64,000 nt of DNA from Anthoceros angustus (taxonomy: Eukaryota; Plantae; Anthocerotophyta), in the NCBI GenBank assembly GCA_010909165.1, contig VJWM01000310.1, positions 1 through 64,000 of the forward strand, given 5' to 3'. The notes beneath the pieces were generated by a model. That model did no database searches. It saw nothing but the letters and a program-made list of their open reading frames with translations, and was not told the origin of the DNA. Below are positions 13,241 to 25,700 of the stretch, in pieces. The number at the start of each line of letters is the position of its first letter. Positions within the stretch are counted from its first letter, which is position 1. The position numbers were made by a program, and so were the translations under genes.

Positions 13241-15507
13241 AGGCAAATAGACATAACGATTTTCATAGCGACTAGCGACTTAACTTACTTAATGAGAAAC
13301 TCTATTGAGAGAGTAGAGATAGAGGATCTACATATGTTTATCAAAATGAAGAAGCCGATGATTGAGAGTGACTGCGCTTGCCTTGATAAACTTGAGGTGG
13401 GCCAAGAGATTACTAAAATAAACATATGTGCTCATTTGTATCACAAAAATGTTTGATCCATGGTTGCATATGTGTGTGGCGTGGCGTACATGCCCACTAT
13501 GTAGGCGTGAAGTATACTTTAGAGAAGAGAATACAAATAGTGGTTTATCATCTCAAGACCCTGGTTTACCGGTTTTCACCTAACCTCATGCCCGCCTCAT
13601 GGCCTTGTTACGAGTTCCATGTATTAGCATCCTTGGCTATACCTTTTGGTTGTCATGCACAACATTAGTTGTAGTTTTGTTAGGATTTAGGATTTAGGAT
13701 TATCGTTGTTTTCTTTTCCACAAAAATCATTCAATTTTTTTAACAATATGCTTTTCAAAAGAATATCGCCTTTAAATGTGATGTATTATGCGTGTTCTTC
13801 AAAACATATCTTGAAAGAGTTCACATGGGCGAAATCCAAGGACAAAATAAAAATGACACATGGGCCAAATCAGTACAAAATAAAACCAAACATGATCGAA
13901 ATCCAAGGACAAAATAGAAAATGACAGCCTAAATAAACAAAAGTAGGTCAAAGTTTAGATGTACAAAATCCAAGGTCATTATCAAAATGATGGCCTATAT
14001 ATGCAGTATATACTTCTTTCACATACTTTAGAAAAGAGGTATTTTTCATAACCTTTTGAAGAGGTTTTTCTCATAACATTTACTATTCTTCGTGCATTAC
14101 GGTTATACTAGCCTACATAACATCCATAAATATTGTTAGAAATCATGAACACGTCTTCAATTTACAATGTATCTACAAATGTTTATCAAAATGAAGAAGC
14201 CGATGATTCGTGACTTGTCTTGTTGCCTTGATAGTCTTGAGGTGGGCCAGAGATTACTAAAATAAATATATGTGCTCATTTGTATCATAAAAATGTTTAG
14301 ATCCATGGTTACATATGTGCGGCGTACATGCCCATTATGTAGACGTGAAATACACTTTAGAGAAGAGATTACACAAAAAGGTTTACCATCTCAAGACGAA
14401 AGTCATCTTCCACATCAATTTGAATGACCTCATTTCCATCCAAGAGAGGACATTCAAATGATAAGAGATATTGTGAGTGGGAGAGTAGAGATGGATATAA
14501 TGTCGTATGCGGATTGAACAAATCTTCCGACAAGATGGAGAAAATGCAATCCAAAGTAACGATGAAAGGCTTTTCTTGTATGTTGAATTGCAATGGTGTC
14601 TTGCTATATATGAACAGAGGCATCCGGATCAAGTAGCTTTGGCACTATCCTATGGTGGATAGGGCCATCCCATCTAGTGAGTACACCTATTGTAGATGGA
14701 GCCACCCTATCCAAGAGATGATTTAGATCATCTCATTTATATTGAGAAGAAAGTATTAAATAATCATTTGAATTATTTTGATTATTTTAGTTATTTATTT
14801 AATAATTATCATATAACTATCTTCTATTTTTGTATAGATAAGTCATTTTCTGATTAAATTTACATGAATATTTATGGGTTTTCAAAACAATTCTGGTTTT
14901 GTTGAAAATATACACCAAAATAGGACAAGCCCTCCAAAGAGACCTTCACATGAGACCGAATACGACCTCCAGCACAAGTGGACAATGTTGAATAAGAACA
15001 CCTACACACGAACCTAAACACCGACTACCTCCGAACTCCCAATCCACTCAAAGCTTGAGACTCATAGAAGTAAACCTCAAACGACACCATCCAACCAGCC
15101 AAGCCCGATAACATGGCCAATGTAGGATCAAAAGCTCCAAATCATACACGATACATGAGCCGCCCAAACGCCCTAACCGAATGTGCTTGGATGAGGATGA
15201 CACGTATTCACCTCACCAAAGCACATTGATAAGAGCGCTCCCAAAATCCCAAAGAACGTAAGAAACCAGCCTATTGTCACTAAACCACTTTAAAACTCTT
15301 AAGAATTGGACCCCAAAGAACGTAGAAACCGACTATTGTCAATAAACCACTTTAAAACTCTTAAGAATTGGACCACGAAGAACGTAAGAAATCAACCTAT
15401 CCTCAATAAATCACTCTAAAACTCTTAAGAATTGGACCCCGACGACGTAAGAAACCAGCCTATGGTCAATAAACCACTTTAAAACTCTAAAGAATTAGAC
15501 TGGCACA

Positions 15508-16756
15508 ATGTTTTTGTGGGCCGAACTTTCGTGGATGGACGGATCACGGACCTTGTCAAGACTCGAGCCTAAGAAGTTCAACATCGCAACAATAGTGTGG
15601 GATGAGGAAGACCGAATAATTGCCCGGCGGTGCTTGGAAGACTTGGATCTAATGATCAAGCACAAACATGAGGGTATACACTTTGGTGTTGACAAGCCCC
15701 ATGGGAACTACTATTGGGACTATTTCTGGAATTTTTATTCCATACGGGCGAGGCAGCAAGTTCCTCCTGTGAAGTCGAAACCTCTAAGGACTCGGTTAGT
15801 AGAGAGCATTTCATTTCCCAAGAAGCAACCTTCTAAATCAAGAGATCGTGGATTTGTGTGCACGGCTTGTTAGGCAAGCAGGAGCCGTGAAGGAAAGCTT
15901 AGCGAATGATGAGTCGATGACAAGCCGGCCTTAGGTTAGGACATCAAGCCTTTTGCACTTGAATGTGGTGAATGCACGAGGTGCCACTTTGTTAGATATA
16001 CCTATGCACATGTGTAACATATAGTTATAGACGGTGTATGGGAACACATACACAGGCAGCAAATGTATGAGCTCTTTCTCACTATCATTCGTCAAAGGAT
16101 TCCACCAACCAGTTTGCCTCAAGCTTGAGGGCTTTATGTGATGCCGTTCACGCTTCGGCTTTGTGTCACGACGGTGGTAATCCACTACACCGCAAGGGCT
16201 GCAAGGCTGCAAGTTGGCTCTTCCTAACCCCATGAGACCAGAAACGATATATTGGTCGAATCGCACAACCTAGGGCCTTAATAGGCTTACCTAGGCTCAC
16301 ACCATGTGAGACTTTCAAGACGCTTTTACACTCTCAATTCATACACATTTCAATTTTTCCCCATCACTCGTAGTGGCATACCACGAAGGGCCATATGGAC
16401 ATGCATTCACGTATGGTAGGGCCCCTAGACCATGGCGGAAGCGAAACGTGCAGCCTTCGGTAGGTCCTACACAGACACAAGTCACATATCGCTCTTTAGT
16501 GATGTAGAGGCGCAAGTCGGCATTCTTGGCACGGTGGAGAGCTCCTCCAGCTATCGCCACCATGCTTAAACAAAAGACACTTTCAAAAACGAGCCCGCGT
16601 GGGAAGAAATGCCACCATTTCTTAAGCCAAATAGACAACATTTATAAGAACGTGGTTACTAAGCATCTTGTGCTTGATCGATACTTAGATGGGGTGTCTA
16701 GAGGAGTGGATACCCTTGGTGCGAATAGTGAGGCACACTATAGTACAAGTTGTTAA
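15508..16756 (+). CDS. Uncharacterised ~400-codon protein (representative copy; frameshifted)
   Basis: Recurrent peptide blocks occur in every unit: KFNIATIVWDEEDP, EDLDLMIKHKHEGIHFGVDKPHGNYYWDYFWNFYS, LALPNPMRPGKRYIGRIAQPRALIGLP, THFNFSPSLVVAYHEGPYGHAFTYG, KKCHHFLSQIDNIYKNVVTKHLVLDRYLDGVSRG. Other copies lie at ~740-1953, 4582-5821, 19905-21160, 24672-25923, 28621-29887, 32580-33831 and 36550-37817. Exact start, end and frames are uncertain. Confidence 0.55.
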
Positions 16757-17740
16757 GAACCAAGTCCTATTATAGGAAAATTCAATCAAGTGGACTATAA
16801 TAGACAAAGAGCTAGGTAAAGATTTAGAATCACCCACCTTAGTAGAAAAAGGGACCCACACTCATCCATGCCTCGTCTCATCATCACTAACCACATCATT
16901 TATATGCGGAAAATGCTCGATTATGTGTGTGAGAATCACATTCCTCAGCATTTATTTAATAATGTCAATCCCATTTATTGTTGCAATCATTTCATTCCGC
17001 ATTTCATTGAGGATTTCATCTAGTCTTGTGCATTGTAAGAAGCTCATCTGTTTATCTCATCATCATGAAGATTTTATTATTATAATCTAATTATATGATG
17101 TTTAAATTAGTTTATTATTAAAAATATAATAAAATATAAAATAAGGAGATGAATATTTAGTATCCGTGCAAATAGACATAACGATTTTCATAGCGACTAT
17201 AACGACTTAACTTACTTAATGAGAAACTCTATTGAGAGAGTAGAGATAGAGAGGATCTACATATGTTTATCAAAATGAAGAAGATGATTGAAGTGACTGT
17301 TTGCCTTGATAAACTTGAGGTGGGCCAAGAGATTACTAAAATAAACATATGTGCTCATTTGTATCACAAAAATGTTTGATCCATGGTTGCATATGTGTGT
17401 GGCGTACATGCCCACTATGTAGGCGTGAAGTATACTTTAGAGAAGAGAATACAAATAGTGGTTTATCATCTCAAGACCACAGTTTACCCTGGTTTTCACC
17501 TAACCTCATGCCCCTCATGGCCTTGTTAGTTCCATGTATTAGCATCCTTGGCTATGCAATCTGGTTGTCATGCACAACATTAGTTGTAGTTTTGTTAGGA
17601 TTTAGGATTATCGTTGTTTTCTTTTCCACAAAAATCATTCAATTTTTTAACAATATGCTTTTCAAAAGAATATCGCCTTTAAATCATCTATGTGAGATGT
17701 ACGTGTTCTTCAAACATATCTTGAAAGAGTTCACATGGGC

Positions 17741-17935
17741 GAAATCCAAGGACAAAATAAAAATGACACATGGGCCAAATCAAGTACAAAATAAAACCAA
17801 ACATGATCGAAATCCAAGGACAAAATAGAAAATGACAGCCTAAATAAACAAAAGTAGGTCAAAGTTTAGATGTACAAAATCCAAGGTCATTATCAAAATG
17901 ATGGCCTATATATGCGAAGGTATATACTTCTTTCA
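17741..17935 (+). promoter_or_regulatory. Putative promoter of RING paralog B: ~34 bp degenerate triple repeat followed by a TATA-like box
   Basis: gaaatccaaggacaaaata / caaatcaagtacaaaata / gaaatccaaggacaaaata, with two AAAATGACA motifs, then ctatatatg about 150 bp upstream of the ATG. Repeated in every unit. Confidence 0.45.
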
Positions 17936-20900
17936 CATACTTTAGAAAAGAGGGTATTTTTCATAACCTTTTGAAGAGGTTTTTCTCATAACATTTACTA
18001 TTCTTCGTGCATTACGGTTATACTAGCCTACATAACATCTGTAAATATTGCGTTAGAAATCATGAACACGTCTTCAATTTACAATGTATCTACAAATGTT
18101 TATCAAAATGAAGAAGCCGATGATTGAGTGACTTGTCTTTGCCTTGATAGTCTTGAGGTGGGCCAAGAGATTACTAAAATAAAAATGACACATGGGCCAA
18201 ATCAAGTACAAAATAAAACCAAACATGATCGAAATCCAAGGACAAAATAGAAAATGACAGCCTAAATAAACAAAAGTAGGTCAAAGTTTAGATGTACAAA
18301 ATCCAAGGTCATTATCAAAATGATGGCCTATATATGCAGTATATGCTTCTTTCACATACTTTAGAAAAGAGGGTATTTTCATAACCTTTTGAAGAGGTTT
18401 TCTCATAACATTTACTATTCTTCGTGCATTACGGTTATACTAGCCTACATAACATCAGAATATTGCGTTAGAAATCATGAACACGCCTTCAATTTACAAT
18501 GTATCTACAAATGTTTATCAAAATGAAGAAGCCGATGATTGAAGTGACTTGTCTTTGCCTTGATAGTCTTGAGGTGGGCCAAGAGATTACTAAAATAAAT
18601 ATATGTGCTCATTTGTATCATAAAAATGTTTAGATCCATGGTTACATATGTGTGTGGCGTACATGCCCATTATAGACGTGAAATACACTTTAGAGAAGAG
18701 ATTACGAAAAGGTTTACCATCTCAAGACGAAAGTCATCTTCCACATCAATTTGAATGACCTCATTTCCATCCAAGAGGACATTCAAATGATAAGAGATAT
18801 TGTGAGTGGGAGAGTAGAGATGGATATAATGTCGTATGCGCGGATTGAACAAAGCTTGACAAGATGGAGAAAATGCAATCCAAAGTAACGAAGATGAAAG
18901 GCTTTTCTTGTATGTTGAATTGCAATGGTGTCTTGCTATATATGAACAGGCATCCGGATCAAGTAGCTTTGGCACTATCCTATGGTGGATAGGGCCATCC
19001 CATCTAGTGAGTACACACCTATTGTAGATGGAGCCACCCTTTCCAACGAGTACACCTAGATGATTTAGATCATCTCATTTATATTGAGAAGAAAGTATTA
19101 AATAATCATTTGAATTAATTTGATTATTTTAGTTATTTATTTAATAATTATCATATAACTATCTTCTATTTTTGTATAGATAAGTCATTTTTCTGATTAA
19201 ATTTACATGAATATTTATGGGTTTTTCAAAACAATTCTGGTTTTGTTGAAAATATACACCAAAATAGGACAAGCCCTCCAAAGAGACCTTCACATCGAGA
19301 CCGAATCACCTCCAGCGACAAGTGGACAATGTTGAATAAGAACACCTACACACGAACCTAAACACCGACTACCTCCGAACTCCCAATCCACTCAAGCTTG
19401 AGACTCATAAGTAAACCTCAAACACCACTACCTCGAACTCCCAATCCACTCAAGCTTGAGACTCATAAGTAAACCTCAAACGACACCATCCAACCAGCCA
19501 AGCCGATAACATGGCCAATGTAGGATCAAAAGCTCCAAATCATACACGATACATGAGCCGCCTAAAGCGCCACCTAACCTTGAATGTGCTTGGATGAGGA
19601 TGACACGTATTCACCTCACCAAAGCACATTGATAAGAGCGCTCCCAAAATCCCAAAGAACGTAAGAAACCAGCCTATTGTCACTAAACCACTTTAAAACT
19701 CTTAAGAATTGGACCCCAAAGAACGTAAGAAACCAGCCTATTGTCAATAAACCACTTTAAAACTCTTAAGAATTGGACCACGAACGTAAGAAATCAACCT
19801 ATCCTCAATAAATCACTCTAAAACTCTTAAGAATTGGACCCCGACGTAAGAAACCAGCCTATGGTCAATAAACCACTTTAAAACTCTAAAGAATTAGGAC
19901 GCAATGTTTTTGTGGACGAACTTTCATGGCGGATGGATGATCACGGACCTTGTCAAGACTCGGAGCCTAAGAAGTTCAACATCGCAACAATAGTGTGGGA
20001 TGAGGAAGACCCAGCAATAATTGCCCGACGGTGCTTGGAAGACTTGGATCTAATGATCAAGCACAAACATGAGGGTATACACTTTGGTGTTGACAAGCCC
20101 CATGGGAACTACTATTGGGACTATTTCTGGAATTTTTATTCCACGAGGCAGGCAAGTTCCTCCTCTGTGAAGTGAAAACCTCTAAGGACTCGGTTAGTAG
20201 AGCATTTCATTTCCCAAGAAGCAACCTTCTAAATCAAGAGACGGATTTGTGTGCACGGCTTGTTAGGCAACAGGGAGCCGTGAAGGAAAGCTTAGCGAAT
20301 GATGAGTCGATGACAAGCCGCCTTAGGTTAGGACATCAAGCCTTTTGCACTTGAATGTGGTGAGGTCCCGAGGGTGCCACTTTGTTAGATATACCTATGC
20401 ACATGTGTAACATATAGTTATAGGCGGTCATTAGTATGGGAACACATACACACGGGCAGCAAATGTATGAGCTCTTTCTCACTATCATTCGTCAAAGGAT
20501 TCCACCAACCGTTTGCCTCAAGCTTGAGGGCTTTATGTGATGCCGTTCCTCGCAATGTTCGGCTTTGTGTCACGACGGTGGTAATCCACTACACCGCAAG
20601 AGAAGGCGCAAGTTGGCTCTTCCTAACCCCATGAGACCAGGAAAGCGATATATTGGTCGAATCGCACAACCTAGGGCCTTAATAGGCTTACCTACAGGCT
20701 CACACCAGTGAGACTTTCAAGACGTTTTACACTCTCAATTCATACACATTTCAATTTTTCCCCATCACTCGTAGTGGCATACCACGAAGGGCCATATGGA
20801 CATGCATTCACGTATGGTAGGGCCCCTAGACCATGGCGGCGAAATGCGCCCTGAGTAGCTAGGTCCTACACATGACACAAGTCACATATCGCTCTTTAGT

Positions 20901-22480
20901 GATGTAGAGGCGCAAGTCGAGCAGTTCTTGCACGGTGGAGAGCTCCCTCCAGCGCTATCGCCACCATGCTTAAACAAAAGACACTTTCAAAACGAGCCAG
21001 CGTGGGAAGAAATGCCACCATTTCTTAAGCCAAATAGACAACATTTATAAGAACGTGGTTACTAAGCATCTTGTGCTTGATCGATACTTAGATGGGGTGT
21101 CTAGAGGAGTGGATACCCTTGGTGCGAATAGCTGAGGCACACTATAGTACAAGTTGTTAAGAACCAAGTCCTATTATAGGAAAATTCAATCAAGTGGACT
21201 ATAATAGACAAAGAGCTAGGTAAAGATTTAGAATCACCCACCTTAGTAGAAAAGGGACCCACACTCATCCATGCCTCGTCTCATCATCACTAACCACATC
21301 ATTTATATGCGGAAAATGCTCGATTATGTGTGTGAGAATCACATTCTCATTTATTTGAAATAATGTCAATCCCATTTATTGTTGCAATCATTTCATTCCG
21401 CATTTCATTGAGGATTTCATCTAGTCTTGTGCATTGTAAGAAGCTCATCTGTGTTTATCTCATCATCATGAAGATTTTATTATTATAATCTAATTATATG
21501 ATGTTTAAATTAGTTTATTATTAAAAATATAATAAATATAAAATAAGGAGATGAATATTTAGTATCCGTGCAATAGACATAACGATTTTCATAGCGACTA
21601 TAACGACTTAACTTACTTAATGAGAAACTCTATTGAGAGAGTAGAGATAGAGAGGATCTACATATGTTTATCAAAATGAAGAAGCGATGATTGATGACTG
21701 TGCGACTTGCCTTGATAAAGTTGAGGTGGGCCAAGAGATTACTAAAATAAACATATGTGCTCATTTGTATCACAAAAAATGTTTGATCCATGGTTGCATA
21801 TGTGTGTGGCGTGACGTACATGCCCACTATGTAGACGTGAAGTATACTTTAGAGAAGAGAATACAAATAGTGGTTTATCATCTCAAGACCCTGGTTTACC
21901 CTGGTTTTTCACCTAACCTCATGCCCCGCCTCATGGCCTTGTTACAGTTCCATGTATTAGCATCCTTGGCTATGCACTGTAGTTGTCATGCACAACATTA
22001 GTTGTAGTTTTGTTAGGATTTAGGATTATCGTTGTTTTCTTTTCCACAAAAATCATTCAATTTTTTTTAACAATATGCTTTTCAAAAGAATATCGCCTTT
22101 AAATCTATGTGAGATGTACGTGTTCTTCAAACATATCTTGAAAGAGTTCACATGGCCAAATCAAGTACAAAATAAAAATGACACATGGCCAAATCGAAGT
22201 ACAAAATAAAAACCGAAACATGATCGAAATCCAAGGACAAAATAGAAAATGACAGCCTAAATAAACAAAAGTAGGTCAAAGTTTAGATGTACAAAATCCA
22301 AGGTCATTATCAAAAATGATGGCCTATATATGCGAAGGTATATGCTTCTTTCACATACTTTAGAAAAGAGGGTATTTTTCATAACCTTTTGAAGAGGTTT
22401 TTTCTCATAACATTTACTATTCTTCGTGCATTACGGTTATACTAGCCTACATAACATCTGTAAATATTGCGTTAGAAATC

Positions 22481-22768
22481 ATGAACACGTCTTCAATTTA
22501 CAATGTATCTACAAATGTTTATCAAAATGAAGAAGCCGATGATTCAGAAGTGACTTGTGCTGTTTGCCTTGATAGTCTTGAGGTGGGCCAGGAGATTACT
22601 AAAATAAATATATGTGCTCATTTGTATCATAAAAAATGTTTAGATCCATGGTTACATATATGCGGGCGTACATGCCCACTATGTAGACGTGAAGTATACT
22701 TTAGAGAAGAGAATACAAATAGTGGTTTATCATCTCAAGACCCTGGTTTACCCTGGTTTTTCACCTAA
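22481..22768 (+). CDS. Chimeric RING-H2 protein (B N-terminus plus A C-terminus), uninterrupted 95 aa ORF
   Basis: The ORF has the full CAVC...CAHLYHKKC...W...CPLC motif. Its 5' part matches paralog B and its 3' part (EVYFREENTNSGLSSQDPG) matches paralog A. Confidence 0.85.
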   Translation: MNTSSIYNVSTNVYQNEEADDSEVTCAVCLDSLEVGQEITKINICAHLYHKKCLDPWLHICGRTCPLCRREVYFREENTNSGLSSQDPGLPWFFT

Positions 22769-25700
22769 CCTCATGCCCCGCCTCATGGCCTTGTTACAGT
22801 TCCATGTATTAGCATCCTTGGCTAGGCACTGCAGTTGTCATGCACAACATTAGTTGTAGTTTTGTTAGGATTTAGGATTATCGTTGTTTTCTTTTCCACA
22901 AAAATCATTCAATTTGTTTTAACAATATGCTTTTCAAAAGAATATCCGCTTTAAATCATGTGAGATGTACGTGTTCTTCAAACATATCTTGAAAGAGTTC
23001 ACATGGAAATCCAAGGACAAAATAAAAATGACACATGGCCAAATCAAGTACAAAATAAAAACCAAACATGATCGAAATCCAAGGACAAAATAGAAAATGA
23101 CAGCCTAAATAAACAAAAGTAGGTCAAATTTTAGATGTACAAAATCCAAGGTCATTATCAAAATGATGGCCTATATATGCGAAGGTATATGCTTCTTTCA
23201 CATACTTTAGAAAAGAGGGTATTTTTCATAACCTTTTGAAGAGGTTTTTCTCATAACATTTACTATTCTTCGTGCATTACGGTTATACTAGCCTACATAA
23301 CATCTCAGAATATTATGTTAGAAATCATGAACACGCCTTCTTCAATTTACAATGTATCTACAAATGTTTATCAAAATGAAGAAGCGATGATTGATGACTG
23401 CTTGCCTTGATAGTCTTGAGGTGGGCCAGATTACTAAAATAAATATATGTGCTCATTTGTATCATAAAAATGTTTAGATCCATGGTTACATATGTGTGGC
23501 GTACATGCCCATTATGTAGACGTGAAATACACTTTAGAGAAGAGATTACGAGAAAAGGTTTACCATCTCAAGACGAAAGTCATCTTCCACATCAATTTCG
23601 AATGACCTCATTTCCATCCAAGAGGACATTCAAATGATAAGAGATATTGTGAGTGGGAGAGTAGAGATGGATATAATGTCGTATGGATTGAACAAAGCTT
23701 CCGACAAGATGGAAAATGCAATCCAAAGTAACGAAGATGAAAGGCTTTTCTTGTATGTTGAATTGCAATGGTGTCTTGCTATATATGAACAGGCATCCGG
23801 ATCAAGTAGCTTTGGCACTATCCTATGGTGGATAGGGCCATCCCATCTAGTGAGTACACCTATTATAGATGGAGCCACCCTTTCCAACGAGTACACCTAG
23901 ATGATTTAGATCATCTCATTTATATTGAGAAGAAAGTATTAAATAATCATTTGAATTAATTTGATTATTTTAGTTATTTATTTAATAATTATCATATAAC
24001 TATCTTCTATTTTTGTATAGATAAGTCATTTTTCTGATTAAATTTACATGAATATTTATGGGTTTTTCAAAACAATTCGGTTTTGTTGAAAATATACACC
24101 AAAATAGGACAAGCCCTCCAAAGAGACCTTCACATCGAGACCGAATACCTCCAGGACAAGTGGACAATGTTGAATAAGAACACCTACACACGAACCTAAA
24201 CACCGACTACCTCCGAACTCCCAATCCACTCAAGCTTGAGACTCATAAGTAAACCTCAAACGACACCATCCAACCAGCCAAGCGATAACATGGCCAATGT
24301 TGGATCAAAAGCTCCAAATCATACACGATACATGAGCCGCCACCTAACCGCTTGAATGTGCTTGGATGAGGATGACACGATTCACCTCACCAAAGCACAT
24401 TGATAAGAGCTCCCAAAATCCCAAAGAACGTGAGAAACCAGCCTATTGTCACTAAACCACTTTAAAACTCTTAAGAATTGGACCCCAAAGAACGTAAGAA
24501 ACCACTATTGTCAATAAACCACTTTAAAACTCTTAAGAATTGGACCACAAGAACGTAAGAAATCAACCTATCCTCAATAAATCACTCTAAAACTCTTAAG
24601 AATTGGACCCGACGAACGTAAACCAGCCTATGGTCAATAAACCACTTTAAAACTCTAAAGAATTAGACCGCAATGTTTTTGTGGGCGAACTTTCATGGCG
24701 GATGGGCGGATCACGGACCTTGTTAGAAGACTCGAGCCTAAAGTTCAACATCGCAACAATAGTGTGGGATGAGGAAGACCCAGCAATAATTGCACGGTGC
24801 TTGGAAGACTTGGATCTAATGATCAAGCACAAACATGAGGGTATACACTTTGGTGTTGACAAGCCCCATGGGAACTACTATTGGGACTATTTCTGGAATT
24901 TTTATTCCGCGAGGCAAGTTCCTCCTCTGTGAAGTCGAAACCTCTAAGGACTCGGTTAGTAGAGCATTTCATTTCCCAAGAAGCAACCTTCTAAATCAAG
25001 AGGACGGTTGTGTGCACGGCTTGTTAGGCAACAGGAGCCGTGAAGGAAAGCTTAGCGAATGATGAGTCGATGACAAGCCAGCCTTAGGTTAGGACATCAA
25101 GCCTTTTGCACTTGAATGTGGTGAGGTCCCGAGGGTGCCACTTTGTTAGATATACCTATGCACATGTGTAACATATAGTTATAGGCAATGTAGTATGGGA
25201 ACACATACACACGGGCAGCAAATGTATGAGCTCTTTCTCACTATCATTCGTCAAAGGATTCCACCAACCGGTTGCCTCAAGCTTGAGGGCTTTATGTGAT
25301 GCCGTTCCTCGCAATGTTCGGCTTTGTGTCACGACACGGTGGTAATCCACTACGCAAGGGCTGCAAGAGCGCAAGTTGGCTCTTCCTAACCCCATGAGAC
25401 CAGAAAACGATATATTGGTCGAATCGCACAACCTAGGGCCTTAATAGGCTTACCTACAGGCTCACACCATGTGAGACTTTCAAGACGCTTTTACACTCTC
25501 AATTCATACACATTTCAATTTTTCCCCATCACTGTAGTGGCATACCGAAGGGCCATATGGACATGCATTCACGTATGGTAGGGCCCCTAGACCATGGCGG
25601 AAGCGTCGTCACGACCTCGTAGCTAGGTCCTACACACGACACAAGTCACATATCGCTCTTTAGTGATGTAGGCGCAAGTCGAGCGATTCTTGGCACGGTG

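Larger units (their letters stand above)
6234..13242. mobile_element. CRE-like (restriction-like endonuclease) non-LTR retrotransposon inserted as a head-to-head inverted duplication
   Basis: Interrupts the array unit at tatccgtgc|aaatagac, and GCAAA flanks both ends (6229-6233, 13243-13247). The left arm is on the minus strand and ends just after an AATAAA (tttatt, 6241-6246). The right arm (~10280-13240) is an inverted copy of 7282-10190. Confidence 0.85.
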
